Positions 8,310-17,744 of a stretch of DNA of 40,887 nucleotides are shown here, in pieces. Position 1 is the first letter of the stretch. Every line of letters begins with the position of its first letter. The notes beneath the pieces were generated by a model. It made no database searches and was not told the origin of the DNA. It worked only from the letters and a program-made list of their open reading frames with translations. Source of the stretch: a virus. Its lineage: Duplodnaviria > Caudoviricetes. The stretch spans positions 1 through 40,887 of the IMG/VR virus record IMGVR_UViG_3300038492_000133, one strand, 5' to 3'. Made by a program: the position numbers and the translations under genes.

Positions 8310-8975
8310 GTGCCGGCGTTCGATACCAGTGCATTCGATACCGGGGCCTTTAGCAGTTCAGCGTTTGATCTGTTGCCGACCTCCGCCTCTGTTGGTGGGA
8401 CGGGTGCGTTTGGGCTGAACACAGCCAGGGTTCAAGAGGGCGGACGCACAATAACGATTGGCCTGTCGTTCGATACATGGGTGGCTGCTGGTGCCACGTT
8501 CGATGCGCAGCGCCAGAACATCATCGACGGTCTCGATTCTGATCAGTCTGAGGCGACGGGCTGGAACGCTGTTGTTAGAGACGCGCTGGATGTGTCAGCG
8601 GTTGTGAGGACATCAGACACGCTGGTCACGATAACGCTTGAGGCGGCTCCTACCTACGACATCAAGTCGTCCGAGGTCATTACCGTGACCGTGCCTGCAA
8701 GTGCATTGGTCATCAGCAGCACTGAGGTTACCGCTACGCCGACCTTTTCGGTCGAGCCCGTTCAGGACAAAGCCGGCCGTATTAAGCGCACCAGAGAGCT
8801 GGTAGAGGTTGACGGGCAGTTCTTCGATTCCTCTCAGGTCAACGCAATACGAACGGCTCAACGTCTTGCGGCAGAGCGAGAGGCTGAGCGCATAGCTGAG
8901 GAACAAGCAGAGAAGCAGCGAGCGGCGCTGATAGCAGATCTCGCACCTAACGTAAGGGAGTCATTGAGACTATAG
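8310..8975 (+). CDS. Putative virion protein with N-terminal AFxxx repeats
   Basis: AFDTSAFDTGAFSSSAF; C-terminal LVEVDGQFFD motif shared with 14161..15021. Confidence 0.7.
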   Translation: MPAFDTSAFDTGAFSSSAFDLLPTSASVGGTGAFGLNTARVQEGGRTITIGLSFDTWVAAGATFDAQRQNIIDGLDSDQSEATGWNAVVRDALDVSAVVRTSDTLVTITLEAAPTYDIKSSEVITVTVPASALVISSTEVTATPTFSVEPVQDKAGRIKRTRELVEVDGQFFDSSQVNAIRTAQRLAAEREAERIAEEQAEKQRAALIADLAPNVRESLRL

Positions 8976-8979
8976 GGAC

Positions 8980-9222
8980 ATGGCAGCACGACTCAACCGA
9001 CGCCATCAGGATATGGTGCGGGAGAAAATCCGAGCTAGTCAGCTCATTAATCGCCTACAAGATCATGTATTTGGAGAAACCGAGTTGAGCGCGACTCAGG
9101 TCAACGCGGCATTGGGTTTGCTCAAGAAATCCATACCGGATATCAAGGCGATAGAGATGTCTGGCCCCGAAGGTGGGGACATTCCCGTCAGTGGAACAAT
9201 CCGATTCGTTGACGGCGAATGA
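8980..9222 (+). CDS. terS: Terminase small subunit (putative)
   Basis: Directly upstream of terL; KIRASQLINRL...LLKKSIPD...EMSGPEGG. Confidence 0.65.
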   Translation: MAARLNRRHQDMVREKIRASQLINRLQDHVFGETELSATQVNAALGLLKKSIPDIKAIEMSGPEGGDIPVSGTIRFVDGE

Positions 9223-10504
9223 TCCTGTCTGGGAGTTCGCCAAGCATACCCGAGAGATATTCAAGCCGTACCGCTACAAGGTTTTGTGGGGCGGCCGCGG
9301 CGGCGTCAAGTCCTGGACTGCGGCGCGTTACATGCTGGTCGACGGGTATCAGCGGCCTATTAGGCAGCTCTGTTTTCGCGAGGTCCAGAAATCCATCAAG
9401 GAGTCGGTTCATCAGCTCCTTGCTGACCAGATTCAGTTACTCGGTCTACGTGGATTCTACGAGGTACTACAGACCGAGATACGCGGCAAGAACGGCTCCA
9501 AATTCGCTTTCACCGGGCTGTCTAACCTCACTGCGGAATCTATCAAGTCGTATGAGGGCTATGACCGTGCTTGGGGTGAGGAGGCACAGGTATTGTCCAG
9601 GCGGTCGTTGGACATACTGATACCGACGATACGCAAAGAGGGCTCGGAACTTCTCTTCACGCTCAACCCGGAACTAGACACCGATGAGGTCTACGAGCGG
9701 TTCATAGCGTGTCCGCCCGATGATGCTTTGGTTATCGAGTGCTCGTATCACAACAACCCGTGGTTTCCCGAGGTTCTTGAGAAAGAGCGAGCGCTATTTC
9801 TGAGACAGGTTGAGTCGGGCGCTAGGTCTCAGGCCGACTACGACAACATCTGGGAAGGCAAGTGCAAGCCGGCGGTAGATGGAGCGATCTACCCCGATGA
9901 GGTCGCTAAGGTGCTCAGCGATAAGCGCCTATGCGCTGTGCCATACGATCCCAAACTATCGGTTCATACGATATGGGATTTGGGATGGAACGACCTCATG
10001 GCAATTGGTGTCGTGCAGGTTGCGGCGGGTTCGGTGCGGTTCATCGACTACATCGAAGACAGCCATCGCACATACGAGTCCTACGTCAATGAGCTGAAAG
10101 CGAAGCCATACGCGAACAAGTTCAGCAAGGCGTGGCTACCTCATGACGGTAAGGCACGTAACCCGCAGACGGGTGTTTCGCCCATTGAGTTGCTGAACTC
10201 CTTAGGTCTGAAAGCAGACGCCAGCGGCGTTCCTGATATCGGTGTGAAGGCCGGCATAGAGGCGGGTCGTCAGATGTTCCCGCGGGTGTACTTCGACAAG
10301 CAGAGCTGTACACCGCTGTTTAATCGTCTTAGGCGATACGCCAGGACGATCAGTCCCACGACGGATACACCGATGGCGCCGAAGAAAGACGAGAACGCGC
10401 ACGGCGCCGATATGTTCCGGTACGTCGCGGTGATCGAGAAGCAGTTGGATAACGAGACATCGGGCTTCCGCAAACTTCAGTACGACAAACGAGGGATCGT
10501 TTAG
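9209..10504 (+). CDS. terL: Terminase large subunit, PBSX-type
   Basis: Walker A GGRGGVKS, CFREVQKSIKES, Walker B WGEEAQ, WDLG, HGADMFRY. Confidence 0.95.
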   Translation: MTANDPVWEFAKHTREIFKPYRYKVLWGGRGGVKSWTAARYMLVDGYQRPIRQLCFREVQKSIKESVHQLLADQIQLLGLRGFYEVLQTEIRGKNGSKFAFTGLSNLTAESIKSYEGYDRAWGEEAQVLSRRSLDILIPTIRKEGSELLFTLNPELDTDEVYERFIACPPDDALVIECSYHNNPWFPEVLEKERALFLRQVESGARSQADYDNIWEGKCKPAVDGAIYPDEVAKVLSDKRLCAVPYDPKLSVHTIWDLGWNDLMAIGVVQVAAGSVRFIDYIEDSHRTYESYVNELKAKPYANKFSKAWLPHDGKARNPQTGVSPIELLNSLGLKADASGVPDIGVKAGIEAGRQMFPRVYFDKQSCTPLFNRLRRYARTISPTTDTPMAPKKDENAHGADMFRYVAVIEKQLDNETSGFRKLQYDKRGIV

Positions 10505-12789
10505 TGGTCGACGCTGTAGAAACCAGCGAACAATTCGTCAATCTGAACGCAGCAATAGATGCCTACGCAGAGCAGGCGATAGGCAGCGATACAGAGGGCG
10601 GTGAAGTAGGCAGGCAGCGTGCGCTTGCTCTCGATGCCTTCCAGGGCAAGATCATTGACGAGGCGCCTGAAGGCCGATCAGAGGTCAGCACGTGGTCGGT
10701 GTTCGAGACCATTCAGTGGATACTCCCGTCTCTGACTCGCATCTTCGCTGCGGGTGACGACATTGTTGAATTCGACCCCGTTGGTCCTGAAGACGAGGAC
10801 GCGGCCGCCCAAGAGTCTGAGGTCCTCAATCACCTCGTTACGCGCAAGAACAACAACAATTGGTTCCTGACGTGTTTGTCCTGGTTTCAGGACGCTCTGC
10901 TCACAAAGAACGCCTACTGCATGGTGTTCATGGAGGAAAAGCTCGACACAGAGGTAGAGCGGTACGAGAACCAGACCGAAGAGCAGGTCGCGCTAATACT
11001 GGACGATGACGTTGAGGTTGTCGGACAAGAGCAGTTTGATGACCCCGGGGACGAAGGCGCGGTAGTCGATCCCTTTACGGGTCAGCCCGTACAAGACGAG
11101 ATCACGCTAGCGGGGGCATTGCAGGTCTACGAGGAGCTAGGTCAAGAGCCTCTGATTCAGCGCCGGCAATTGTTCAACATCGAGATCCGTAAGACCAAGG
11201 CAAAGAAGAAGCTGCAGTTTCAGGTGCTACCTCCAGAGCGCGTGCTGGTTGGCGAGGACACGCCCGATTTCACACTCGACAAGTGCAATTACTTCGAGTA
11301 CTTCGAGCGCGAGACGATATCCGATCTGCGCAAGATGGGCTTTGATGTCCCCGATGACATCGGTGACCAGGACTTTGCGGAGAGGCAAGAAGACGAATCA
11401 CGAGACGAACTGCTAGAGCACGATCTGGAGGTTGATTCACCTGACCCGTCAATGAAGCAGGTCAACGTCCGGAACATCTGGATCCGCTATGACATGGATG
11501 GCGACGGCATTGCCGAGTTGCAGCATGTCGTGCGAGTCGGTAATGACATTCTGAGCTTGAACCCGGTTAGCAATATCCCGGTTGCCTCAATCGTACCGTT
11601 CCTGAACACGCACCGGCATATCGGCATGTCCGTCGCGGACCTGGTGTTCGATCTGCAGCGCATATCGACTGCGATCCTGCGTTCGGGCATGGACTCGCTG
11701 AACCTCGCTCTACGGCCGCGTCACGCAGCCTCACGCAAGGTCAATCTAGACGACCTGCTACAACAGTATCCGGGCAGTGTCGTGCAGATCGACACGGACA
11801 TGCCGGATGTCGCGGGTCATGTGCAGGTCTTGCAGACAGAGAACACGTTCCCGTTTGCCATCCAGGGTCTTGATCAGGTCGAGAGGATTATCGAATCGCG
11901 GGTTGGCGTAAACCGTCAGTTTCAGGGCATTGATGAGGGGCTATCCAACGAACACGACAGAATCGGCCAGCTCTCCACTATGGCAGCTCAGCGAGTGGAG
12001 CAGATCGCCCGAATATTCGGTAATGGTGTCGAGCGCTTATTCAATCTGGCTCACGAGGTTGTCATTAAGTCCGGACATCAAATGGATGCCATCAAACTCC
12101 GTGGACAGTGGGTTAACGTTGACCCAACGCAATGGCGAACAGGCCGGGATATGCGAGTGGTCGCACCCTTTGCCGCCGGCAACAAAGATTCACTATTGCG
12201 TCGTCTTATGATCATCGCGGGCTTCCACGAGAAGGCTCTTGCAGGTGGTCTACCGATAGTCGATCCGAGTGACGCCTACGAACTCGCGCTAGAGCTGTCG
12301 GCAGCAGCCGATCTCCCGGGCCATAAGTTCTTTACGGATCCAGCAACGATCCCACCGCCTGAGCCGCAACCCGATCCGACCATGATTGCTTTGGAGATCG
12401 AGAACAAGAAGGCCGACAACGAAGCCACTGACGAGCAGCGCAAGGACGAAACGGAGAGGCTGAAGGTTGCCGCCGACATCGAGCTAAAAGAGCGCCTGGC
12501 GCGACTTCAGAGCGCCACACAGATTGTTTTGGCGCAGATCCAGGACGATCCCTCGGCCGATCTCCAGCAGGTCGATCAGGTCATGAGCGCGGTGGATGCC
12601 GTAAGCCAGCAGGTCGATGACGTCATAGCGGCTCAGTCCGAGCAGAAAGACGACAAAAAACGCGAAACCAAACAAAACGCGGATAAGGCCCTCAATGCCA
12701 CTCTTCGCGAGCTTTCTAAAGCCGTCAAGAAGCTCGGTGGTCCTCGTAAGGTCGTGAGGGAGAACGGACAGATAGTGGGTGTTGAATGA
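10504..12789 (+). CDS. Portal protein (P22-like, long C-terminal coiled coil)
   Basis: Follows terL; 761 aa; GRSEV...ILPSL..IF, DALLTKN, DMDGDG motifs. Confidence 0.9.
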   Translation: MVDAVETSEQFVNLNAAIDAYAEQAIGSDTEGGEVGRQRALALDAFQGKIIDEAPEGRSEVSTWSVFETIQWILPSLTRIFAAGDDIVEFDPVGPEDEDAAAQESEVLNHLVTRKNNNNWFLTCLSWFQDALLTKNAYCMVFMEEKLDTEVERYENQTEEQVALILDDDVEVVGQEQFDDPGDEGAVVDPFTGQPVQDEITLAGALQVYEELGQEPLIQRRQLFNIEIRKTKAKKKLQFQVLPPERVLVGEDTPDFTLDKCNYFEYFERETISDLRKMGFDVPDDIGDQDFAERQEDESRDELLEHDLEVDSPDPSMKQVNVRNIWIRYDMDGDGIAELQHVVRVGNDILSLNPVSNIPVASIVPFLNTHRHIGMSVADLVFDLQRISTAILRSGMDSLNLALRPRHAASRKVNLDDLLQQYPGSVVQIDTDMPDVAGHVQVLQTENTFPFAIQGLDQVERIIESRVGVNRQFQGIDEGLSNEHDRIGQLSTMAAQRVEQIARIFGNGVERLFNLAHEVVIKSGHQMDAIKLRGQWVNVDPTQWRTGRDMRVVAPFAAGNKDSLLRRLMIIAGFHEKALAGGLPIVDPSDAYELALELSAAADLPGHKFFTDPATIPPPEPQPDPTMIALEIENKKADNEATDEQRKDETERLKVAADIELKERLARLQSATQIVLAQIQDDPSADLQQVDQVMSAVDAVSQQVDDVIAAQSEQKDDKKRETKQNADKALNATLRELSKAVKKLGGPRKVVRENGQIVGVE

Positions 12790-13675
12790 ACGAGGCTTGG
12801 TTCGATTTTTGGGCGTGGATATGGAGAGATCGGGAGAGCGACTAAGCCCTACGCATCGGCGCCTGAGTGAGACCAGGGGACGTATCTACCCCAAGTCCGA
12901 TGACCGGCCCGACATGCGTCAGCGCCAGGTCAAGCACAACCACGGCTTCGAGGTTCGTGAGGACGCTAGAGACCAGAACAAGGTCAAAGACACGATTCTT
13001 CTGCACTCGATGCCTGACTTTCGCGGCGACTGGTTGGTGCTTGAGGGTGAGTATGACACTGATGTCGATCTGATCTATGGCGGCCTGCTGATCTACGACG
13101 CTAAGGGCGCAATTGATCACTTCGCCGAGATGAAGTCCTCAAAAGGCCGATGGAGCATCAGGATTCGTAGGGTGTGGCTGGAGTCGGTCGAGCAACGCAA
13201 TGCGTGGCCTGTCGAGGTGGATCCCGTGCTGCAGGTCGATACGCACGATATCGCGCTCTACAACGATACAGGCGGTGGAGGCTGCTTTGCCGGCGATACG
13301 CTGGTGAAGATGGTTGGTGGGTACAAGCGTATTGACCAGCTGAAGATCGGTCACGAAACGGCAGACGGCCGTGTCGTCGCGATCATGCAGGTCGAGTCAC
13401 AGCCGCTATTCGATCTCAAAGGCGTACGGGTCACGGCCGACCATCCCGTGAAGTTCGCCGGGAGTTGGCGGCTTGTTCAGGATATTGCGTTACCACGAGC
13501 TGCGGATGCAGACAGCGTGTATCTGATCGAGACGACTAGTGGTGTGATGCGCGCCAAGTGCAGGGGTGGTGATTTGTACTTCGCTGCCTATGATGGCATC
13601 TACAGCGCCGACGAGTTCGCTTACCAGCAGTCGATTTGCGACCGCTTCAATGATAACGATCCGACCGCAAGCTGA
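12782..13675 (+). CDS. Protein with C-terminal Hint (Hedgehog/intein) autoprocessing domain
   Basis: GGGG|CFAGDTLV block A (Cys at 13283), VTADHPV block B, VYLIET block F, ends FAAYD with no His-Asn; start codon uncertain. Confidence 0.85.
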   Translation: MNERGLVRFLGVDMERSGERLSPTHRRLSETRGRIYPKSDDRPDMRQRQVKHNHGFEVREDARDQNKVKDTILLHSMPDFRGDWLVLEGEYDTDVDLIYGGLLIYDAKGAIDHFAEMKSSKGRWSIRIRRVWLESVEQRNAWPVEVDPVLQVDTHDIALYNDTGGGGCFAGDTLVKMVGGYKRIDQLKIGHETADGRVVAIMQVESQPLFDLKGVRVTADHPVKFAGSWRLVQDIALPRAADADSVYLIETTSGVMRAKCRGGDLYFAAYDGIYSADEFAYQQSICDRFNDNDPTAS

Positions 13676-14159
13676 CGGCGACCTCGCCGATATCGTCAGG
13701 CTGCACAACATCATCGTCGCTCGTGGCGGGTATTCGCTGTCCGATCAAGAGTTCAACCGCGAAATCACTGAATTGGACTGGCGGGACTGGCAATCACATT
13801 ACGTTCATACGGTAAGGCTCGTCTTTGAGAACGACGACGCTCGCCACCAGGAAAACGCCAAGCGTCTAGGTTTTACACCGACCTTCTACGGCTACAACAC
13901 GTTCCGAGAGGGCTCAGACGGTGAGATAGTTCACGAACATTTAGGCGTGATGAATCCCGATGGTGTACCGGAGCCCGAGATCATGTGGCTGGCTGTCGAC
14001 TGGATCAAAGCCAACACCAGATATCAGGTCATGGTCATGGAGCGCCAGGACTTGACGCGGGTCGAGCACTACGACGACCTTGCTAGGGAGTTGGGCGCCA
14101 CGCGCGATAACAACGTATGGAGAAAAAAGCTAGCAGACGCTAGGCGTCCACGCCGATGA
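13650..14159 (+). CDS. Degenerate GNAT-like fold protein
   Basis: MITIRP....DLADIVRL N-terminus, FYGY, HLGV.NP. Confidence 0.5.
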   Translation: MITIRPQADGDLADIVRLHNIIVARGGYSLSDQEFNREITELDWRDWQSHYVHTVRLVFENDDARHQENAKRLGFTPTFYGYNTFREGSDGEIVHEHLGVMNPDGVPEPEIMWLAVDWIKANTRYQVMVMERQDLTRVEHYDDLARELGATRDNNVWRKKLADARRPRR

Positions 14160-14160
14160 C

Positions 14161-15021
14161 ATGGCCGATATCTTCATATGGAACTTGTACAAGTTCGATA
14201 TTTCACCGCTTGCTGGAGAGGTCGTTACAGACGCGAAGGTCAGACTCCACCTAAACAGCGAGAGCATCGTCGCGCCTGCTGAGATCGGTGTCAGGTTATG
14301 GCGAGCACAATCGGCTAATACCACCGATGACCAGGACTGGAGCACAGCCGATGAGGTGGGCAAGCTCTACGACGACATCTGTGAATACACCCGTTCAAAC
14401 GAGGCTCAACAAGACCGACTGGTCTTCGGCTCGACATCTGCAAGCCAGTACTACGAGTGGGATGTTACTCAGGGCGTTCTTGATGCGCTGGCTGATGGCG
14501 ACACTTACTTTACCGCTGTACTTAGTCGCGACACTACGCAAACGAGCGGCACAAAGACTAAGGGTTCTGCGACAAGCGTTCAGCATGCCCTGACCCGTGG
14601 TGGGACCGATAATCAGCACGTAACGTGGGCGACCTCTGACGCCGCCCAGAATCAACCGTACCTCGAATACACGGTTGAGCCGCCTCCCAAGAAGAAAGGC
14701 GGACGAACCAAGAAACGACGCCGACTCATTGTCGAGATTGACAATCAGTTCTTTGATGTCAATTCGCCTGAAGAGGCGAGGATACTTCTCGAACAAGCCG
14801 TTGAGCTTGTCGAAGAGAAGCCTGCACGCGTAAAGAAAAAGCCAAAAGTACGCGTGCGTACTCTATCGGGCCGTAAGTCTCGCTCCAAGGTTGTCGAGAA
14901 AGCGGTCAAGCGTGCAGAAGTTAGGTTGGCAAGGATATTCACGCCGACTGTCGACTTCACGGACGAACTCAAGCGAAAGGCAGACGAAGAAGACGCCATC
15001 ATGACGATATTGCTGCTATGA
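14161..15021 (+). CDS. DNRLRE/CBM96-like domain fused to a basic C-terminal phage module
   Basis: YKFDIS..VTDAKVRLHL, YYEWDVT, NQPYLEYT; tail DEEDAIMTILLL. Confidence 0.7.
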   Translation: MADIFIWNLYKFDISPLAGEVVTDAKVRLHLNSESIVAPAEIGVRLWRAQSANTTDDQDWSTADEVGKLYDDICEYTRSNEAQQDRLVFGSTSASQYYEWDVTQGVLDALADGDTYFTAVLSRDTTQTSGTKTKGSATSVQHALTRGGTDNQHVTWATSDAAQNQPYLEYTVEPPPKKKGGRTKKRRRLIVEIDNQFFDVNSPEEARILLEQAVELVEEKPARVKKKPKVRVRTLSGRKSRSKVVEKAVKRAEVRLARIFTPTVDFTDELKRKADEEDAIMTILLL

Positions 15022-15311
15022 CAGCCAAATCCGACCGCGTTCAAAAGCTCATTGACGATCCCGATCTGACCGAAGCCTTCGAAGTAGTAAGGCAGCGGTA
15101 TCGGGATCTCATTGAAGAAACGCCCGTTAGTGACGACGGGGCATTGTTAGACATCCGCAAAATGCTTTACCTACTCAAGGAAGTGAAGGAAGCACTGCAT
15201 ACGGCTCTACAGCAGGGCCATTTGGAGGATTTTCGCGCCCGTGAGCAGGAGGGTAACGGATTCTTGAGGGATCTAAGATGGACGAACAGGAAAGGACTCC
15301 TGAAGAGGTAG
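15018..15311 (+). CDS. Small head-associated protein
   Basis: Conserved position before the scaffold gene; helical. Confidence 0.7.
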   Translation: MTAKSDRVQKLIDDPDLTEAFEVVRQRYRDLIEETPVSDDGALLDIRKMLYLLKEVKEALHTALQQGHLEDFRAREQEGNGFLRDLRWTNRKGLLKR

Positions 15312-16210
15312 TTGGGGATTTGATACTCGGCGAGGAAGCCGAGGAGCAGGAAGAAGAGCAGGTTGAGGAACAAAGCGAAGAGGAACAAGAAGAAGAAACA
15401 GAAGAGGAGCGCGAAGTCGAACCCGCTCCCGAGGGCGACGAGGAAGAATTCGTAGACATCGAGCACGACGGTCAACTTTACGCTGTTCCGCCGTCTCTCA
15501 AGGATGCGTTCCTACGAAACTCCGACTACACACAAAAGACGCAAGAGGTCGCGGCTCAACGAAAAGAGGTTGAGGCGCAGCGCGAGATCATAGCGGAAGC
15601 GCAGAAGGCGTATCAGTTCGCCGAGGACGCGCAGAAAGACACGCTGGAGATAATGCAGTTTGACGTCACTATTGAGCGTTACGAGCAGTACATCCAGCAG
15701 AACGCCACGCAACTCGATGCCAATCAGATTGCGCAGGCGCAAATGGAACTACGAACACTCGAACGAGAGCGAAACGAAAAGTTCAACGCTCTTGATCAGA
15801 AAAGGCTGGAATTTCAGCAGGCGCGGGATCAGTCCCTCAAGGAAATCCTGAACAAAGGCACTGAAGTTCTGCGGTCGAAGATATCCGATTGGAGCGACGA
15901 CCACGACACCACAGCAAAGGAGTACGGCCTCAGTCTCGGCTTTACCGAGCGAGAGCTGGCCAATGCTGTCGATCCTCGGCAGAGGCAGGTGTTATGGGAG
16001 GCTGCGCAGTTTCGAGCGCTCCAGAAGGGCAAGACCGCCGCCGTCAAGAAGGTGCAGGACGCACCGACCATCAAAGCGAAGTCTCGCAATCCCATGCCAA
16101 AGGAAACGCAGGACAAGCTTAATTTCAGGAAGAAATTGAAATCCAGCAAGCTCGGGGCCAAGGAAAAGGTCAAGGAAATGGAGAAGCATTTCGGAGCGCT
16201 GTTGGGTTAA
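15278..16210 (+). CDS. Capsid scaffolding protein
   Basis: Acidic N-terminus, DYTQKTQEVA motif, coiled coil, precedes MCP. Confidence 0.9.
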   Translation: MDEQERTPEEVVGDLILGEEAEEQEEEQVEEQSEEEQEEETEEEREVEPAPEGDEEEFVDIEHDGQLYAVPPSLKDAFLRNSDYTQKTQEVAAQRKEVEAQREIIAEAQKAYQFAEDAQKDTLEIMQFDVTIERYEQYIQQNATQLDANQIAQAQMELRTLERERNEKFNALDQKRLEFQQARDQSLKEILNKGTEVLRSKISDWSDDHDTTAKEYGLSLGFTERELANAVDPRQRQVLWEAAQFRALQKGKTAAVKKVQDAPTIKAKSRNPMPKETQDKLNFRKKLKSSKLGAKEKVKEMEKHFGALLG

Positions 16211-16219
16211 GGAGAACCC

Positions 16220-17221
16220 ATGGCAGCAGTATCAGGTACGTCTAGCACGTATTCTGTCGGTTCTGGTGGTGGTAACCGAGAGGACTTGGAGGATGTCATC
16301 CACGAGTTGTTCCCGGATGAGACCTTCTTCACCACGAACCTCGACAAGGTAGGCGCTAGCGCAACGCTGCACGAGTGGCTCGGCGATGAACTCGCAGCCC
16401 CAGGCAGCAACATCAATATCGAAGGCGATGACGCAACGTTCGCGACGATTGCGAATCCCGCTCGATATTCCAACTACACCCAGATCGTCAAGAAAACGTT
16501 CTTGATCTCTGGCACGCAGGAAGTCGTCAACAAGGCTGGTCGCAGGTCTGAAATCGGTCGTCAGGCCGTTAAGCAGATGCGTGAGGCTAAGAACGACTTT
16601 GAGTACGCCATTGCACGCAATCAGGCGGGCACGGCAGGCGGTACCGGTACGGGTCGCTCGCTCGCATCCATCGAAACGTGGATCGGCGCGACTGCGGCAT
16701 CGAGTACGGCCGCTACTCAGGTCGTGTTGTCGACGACCACTGCAAGTGCAACCACACCTCCAATTGCATCGGGAACGCCGGGTACGGCGCCGACCGATGG
16801 CTCGACTACGGCAGCCCTGACTGAGGCAGACCTCAGACTAGCTCTGGAGTCGAACTACAACCAGGGGGCAATGACGGACGTTATCGTTGTGAATTCTACC
16901 GCGAAGAATTACATCAACGATTTCACCGGCATTGCGCAGCGTCAGGTCGACGTGGGCAGGACTCAGCAGGCATCGATTACCGGTGCAGCTGATCTGTACG
17001 TGTCGAACTACGGTGTTCACCGGGTTGTGCTGCACAGGCACGTCCGCACATCGGTTGCGTTGTGTCTCGACTTGTCCCTGTGGGCAATCGGGAACCTGCG
17101 TAACTGGCAGATGGAACGTCTGGCCAAGACGGGTGACGGCGAGAAGCGTCAGATTCTCTGTGAGAAGACGCTGGTTTGCCGCAATCCGCGCGGCGCATCC
17201 AAGGTTGTCGCAATCGCGTAA
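16220..17221 (+). CDS. Major capsid protein (DUF5309/SU10-like)
   Basis: NREDLEDVI, LHEWLGDEL, NYTQIVKK, LAKTGD; strong AAGGAG RBS; terminator follows. Confidence 0.92.
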   Translation: MAAVSGTSSTYSVGSGGGNREDLEDVIHELFPDETFFTTNLDKVGASATLHEWLGDELAAPGSNINIEGDDATFATIANPARYSNYTQIVKKTFLISGTQEVVNKAGRRSEIGRQAVKQMREAKNDFEYAIARNQAGTAGGTGTGRSLASIETWIGATAASSTAATQVVLSTTTASATTPPIASGTPGTAPTDGSTTAALTEADLRLALESNYNQGAMTDVIVVNSTAKNYINDFTGIAQRQVDVGRTQQASITGAADLYVSNYGVHRVVLHRHVRTSVALCLDLSLWAIGNLRNWQMERLAKTGDGEKRQILCEKTLVCRNPRGASKVVAIA

Positions 17222-17230
17222 CCAACCAAA

Positions 17231-17256
17231 GAGGGGGCTTCGGCCCCCTCGCTTTT
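17231..17256 (+). terminator. Intrinsic terminator after MCP
   Basis: GAGGGGGC-TTCG-GCCCCCTC then GCTTTT. Confidence 0.85.
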
Positions 17257-17265
17257 GAGGTATTC

Positions 17266-17427
17266 ATGAGCAGGCTTCGTATAGTTCTTTGTGTTTTGCT
17301 CGGCCATAGAACCGCCGTTCTCTTTCATGATGTCCAGAAGTCTGGCGGCAAGAAGTACGCTCGATATGTAGCGAAGTGTGACCGCTGCGGAATCGACAGG
17401 TCTGGTCGCACTGAAGTCGATCCTTGA
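17266..17427 (+). CDS. Small Zn-binding phage protein (DUF1660-like)
   Basis: CVLLGH...CDRCG; GAGGT RBS. Confidence 0.6.
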   Translation: MSRLRIVLCVLLGHRTAVLFHDVQKSGGKKYARYVAKCDRCGIDRSGRTEVDP

Positions 17428-17744
17428 GCAAATTCCTCGACTACAACCCAGACCGTGGTACTTGGTACGAAGAGGACTACGACCACGTCGAAGACAAGCT
17501 CGTTATTCACACCAAGCAGGATGTCGAGCCGATATTGGACGTTGCTCAGAGAGAGCGGAACTCAGGCATCAACGACAAGGTGGGCGATCTCAGCAAGTAC
17601 GCCATCATCCCCGCACACGTTGAGGTTGAGTTGAGGCAGAAGGGTATCAACATCTACGACCCCCGACAGACCAAAGAACTGTTGCGGGCCATCAACCGAG
17701 ACTACCCGCACCTGAAATGCACGAACCTAACGCACAACGTATGA
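17424..17744 (+). CDS. Conserved hypothetical post-capsid protein
   Basis: QDVEPILD...YAIIP motif. Confidence 0.7.
   Translation: MSKFLDYNPDRGTWYEEDYDHVEDKLVIHTKQDVEPILDVAQRERNSGINDKVGDLSKYAIIPAHVEVELRQKGINIYDPRQTKELLRAINRDYPHLKCTNLTHNV

Noticed and set aside
4847-10504. Genome-wide TAG recoding (five genes in this stretch end in TAG)
   Set aside because: Conserved genes are full length in code 11, and terL ends at a natural C-terminus
13283-13675. Canonical cis-splicing intein
   Set aside because: No terminal His-Asn followed by Cys/Ser/Thr and no substantial C-extein; it looks like a C-terminal Hedgehog-type Hint
14120-14135. A-AAA-AAG slippery site fusing the GNAT-like ORF to the DNRLRE ORF
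   Set aside because: The -1 frame hits TAG within a few codons; the DNRLRE ORF is in the +1 frame, which is blocked by TAG at 14131
15290-15450. GAA/GAG-rich repeat as an array
   Set aside because: It is simply the Glu-rich scaffold N-terminus
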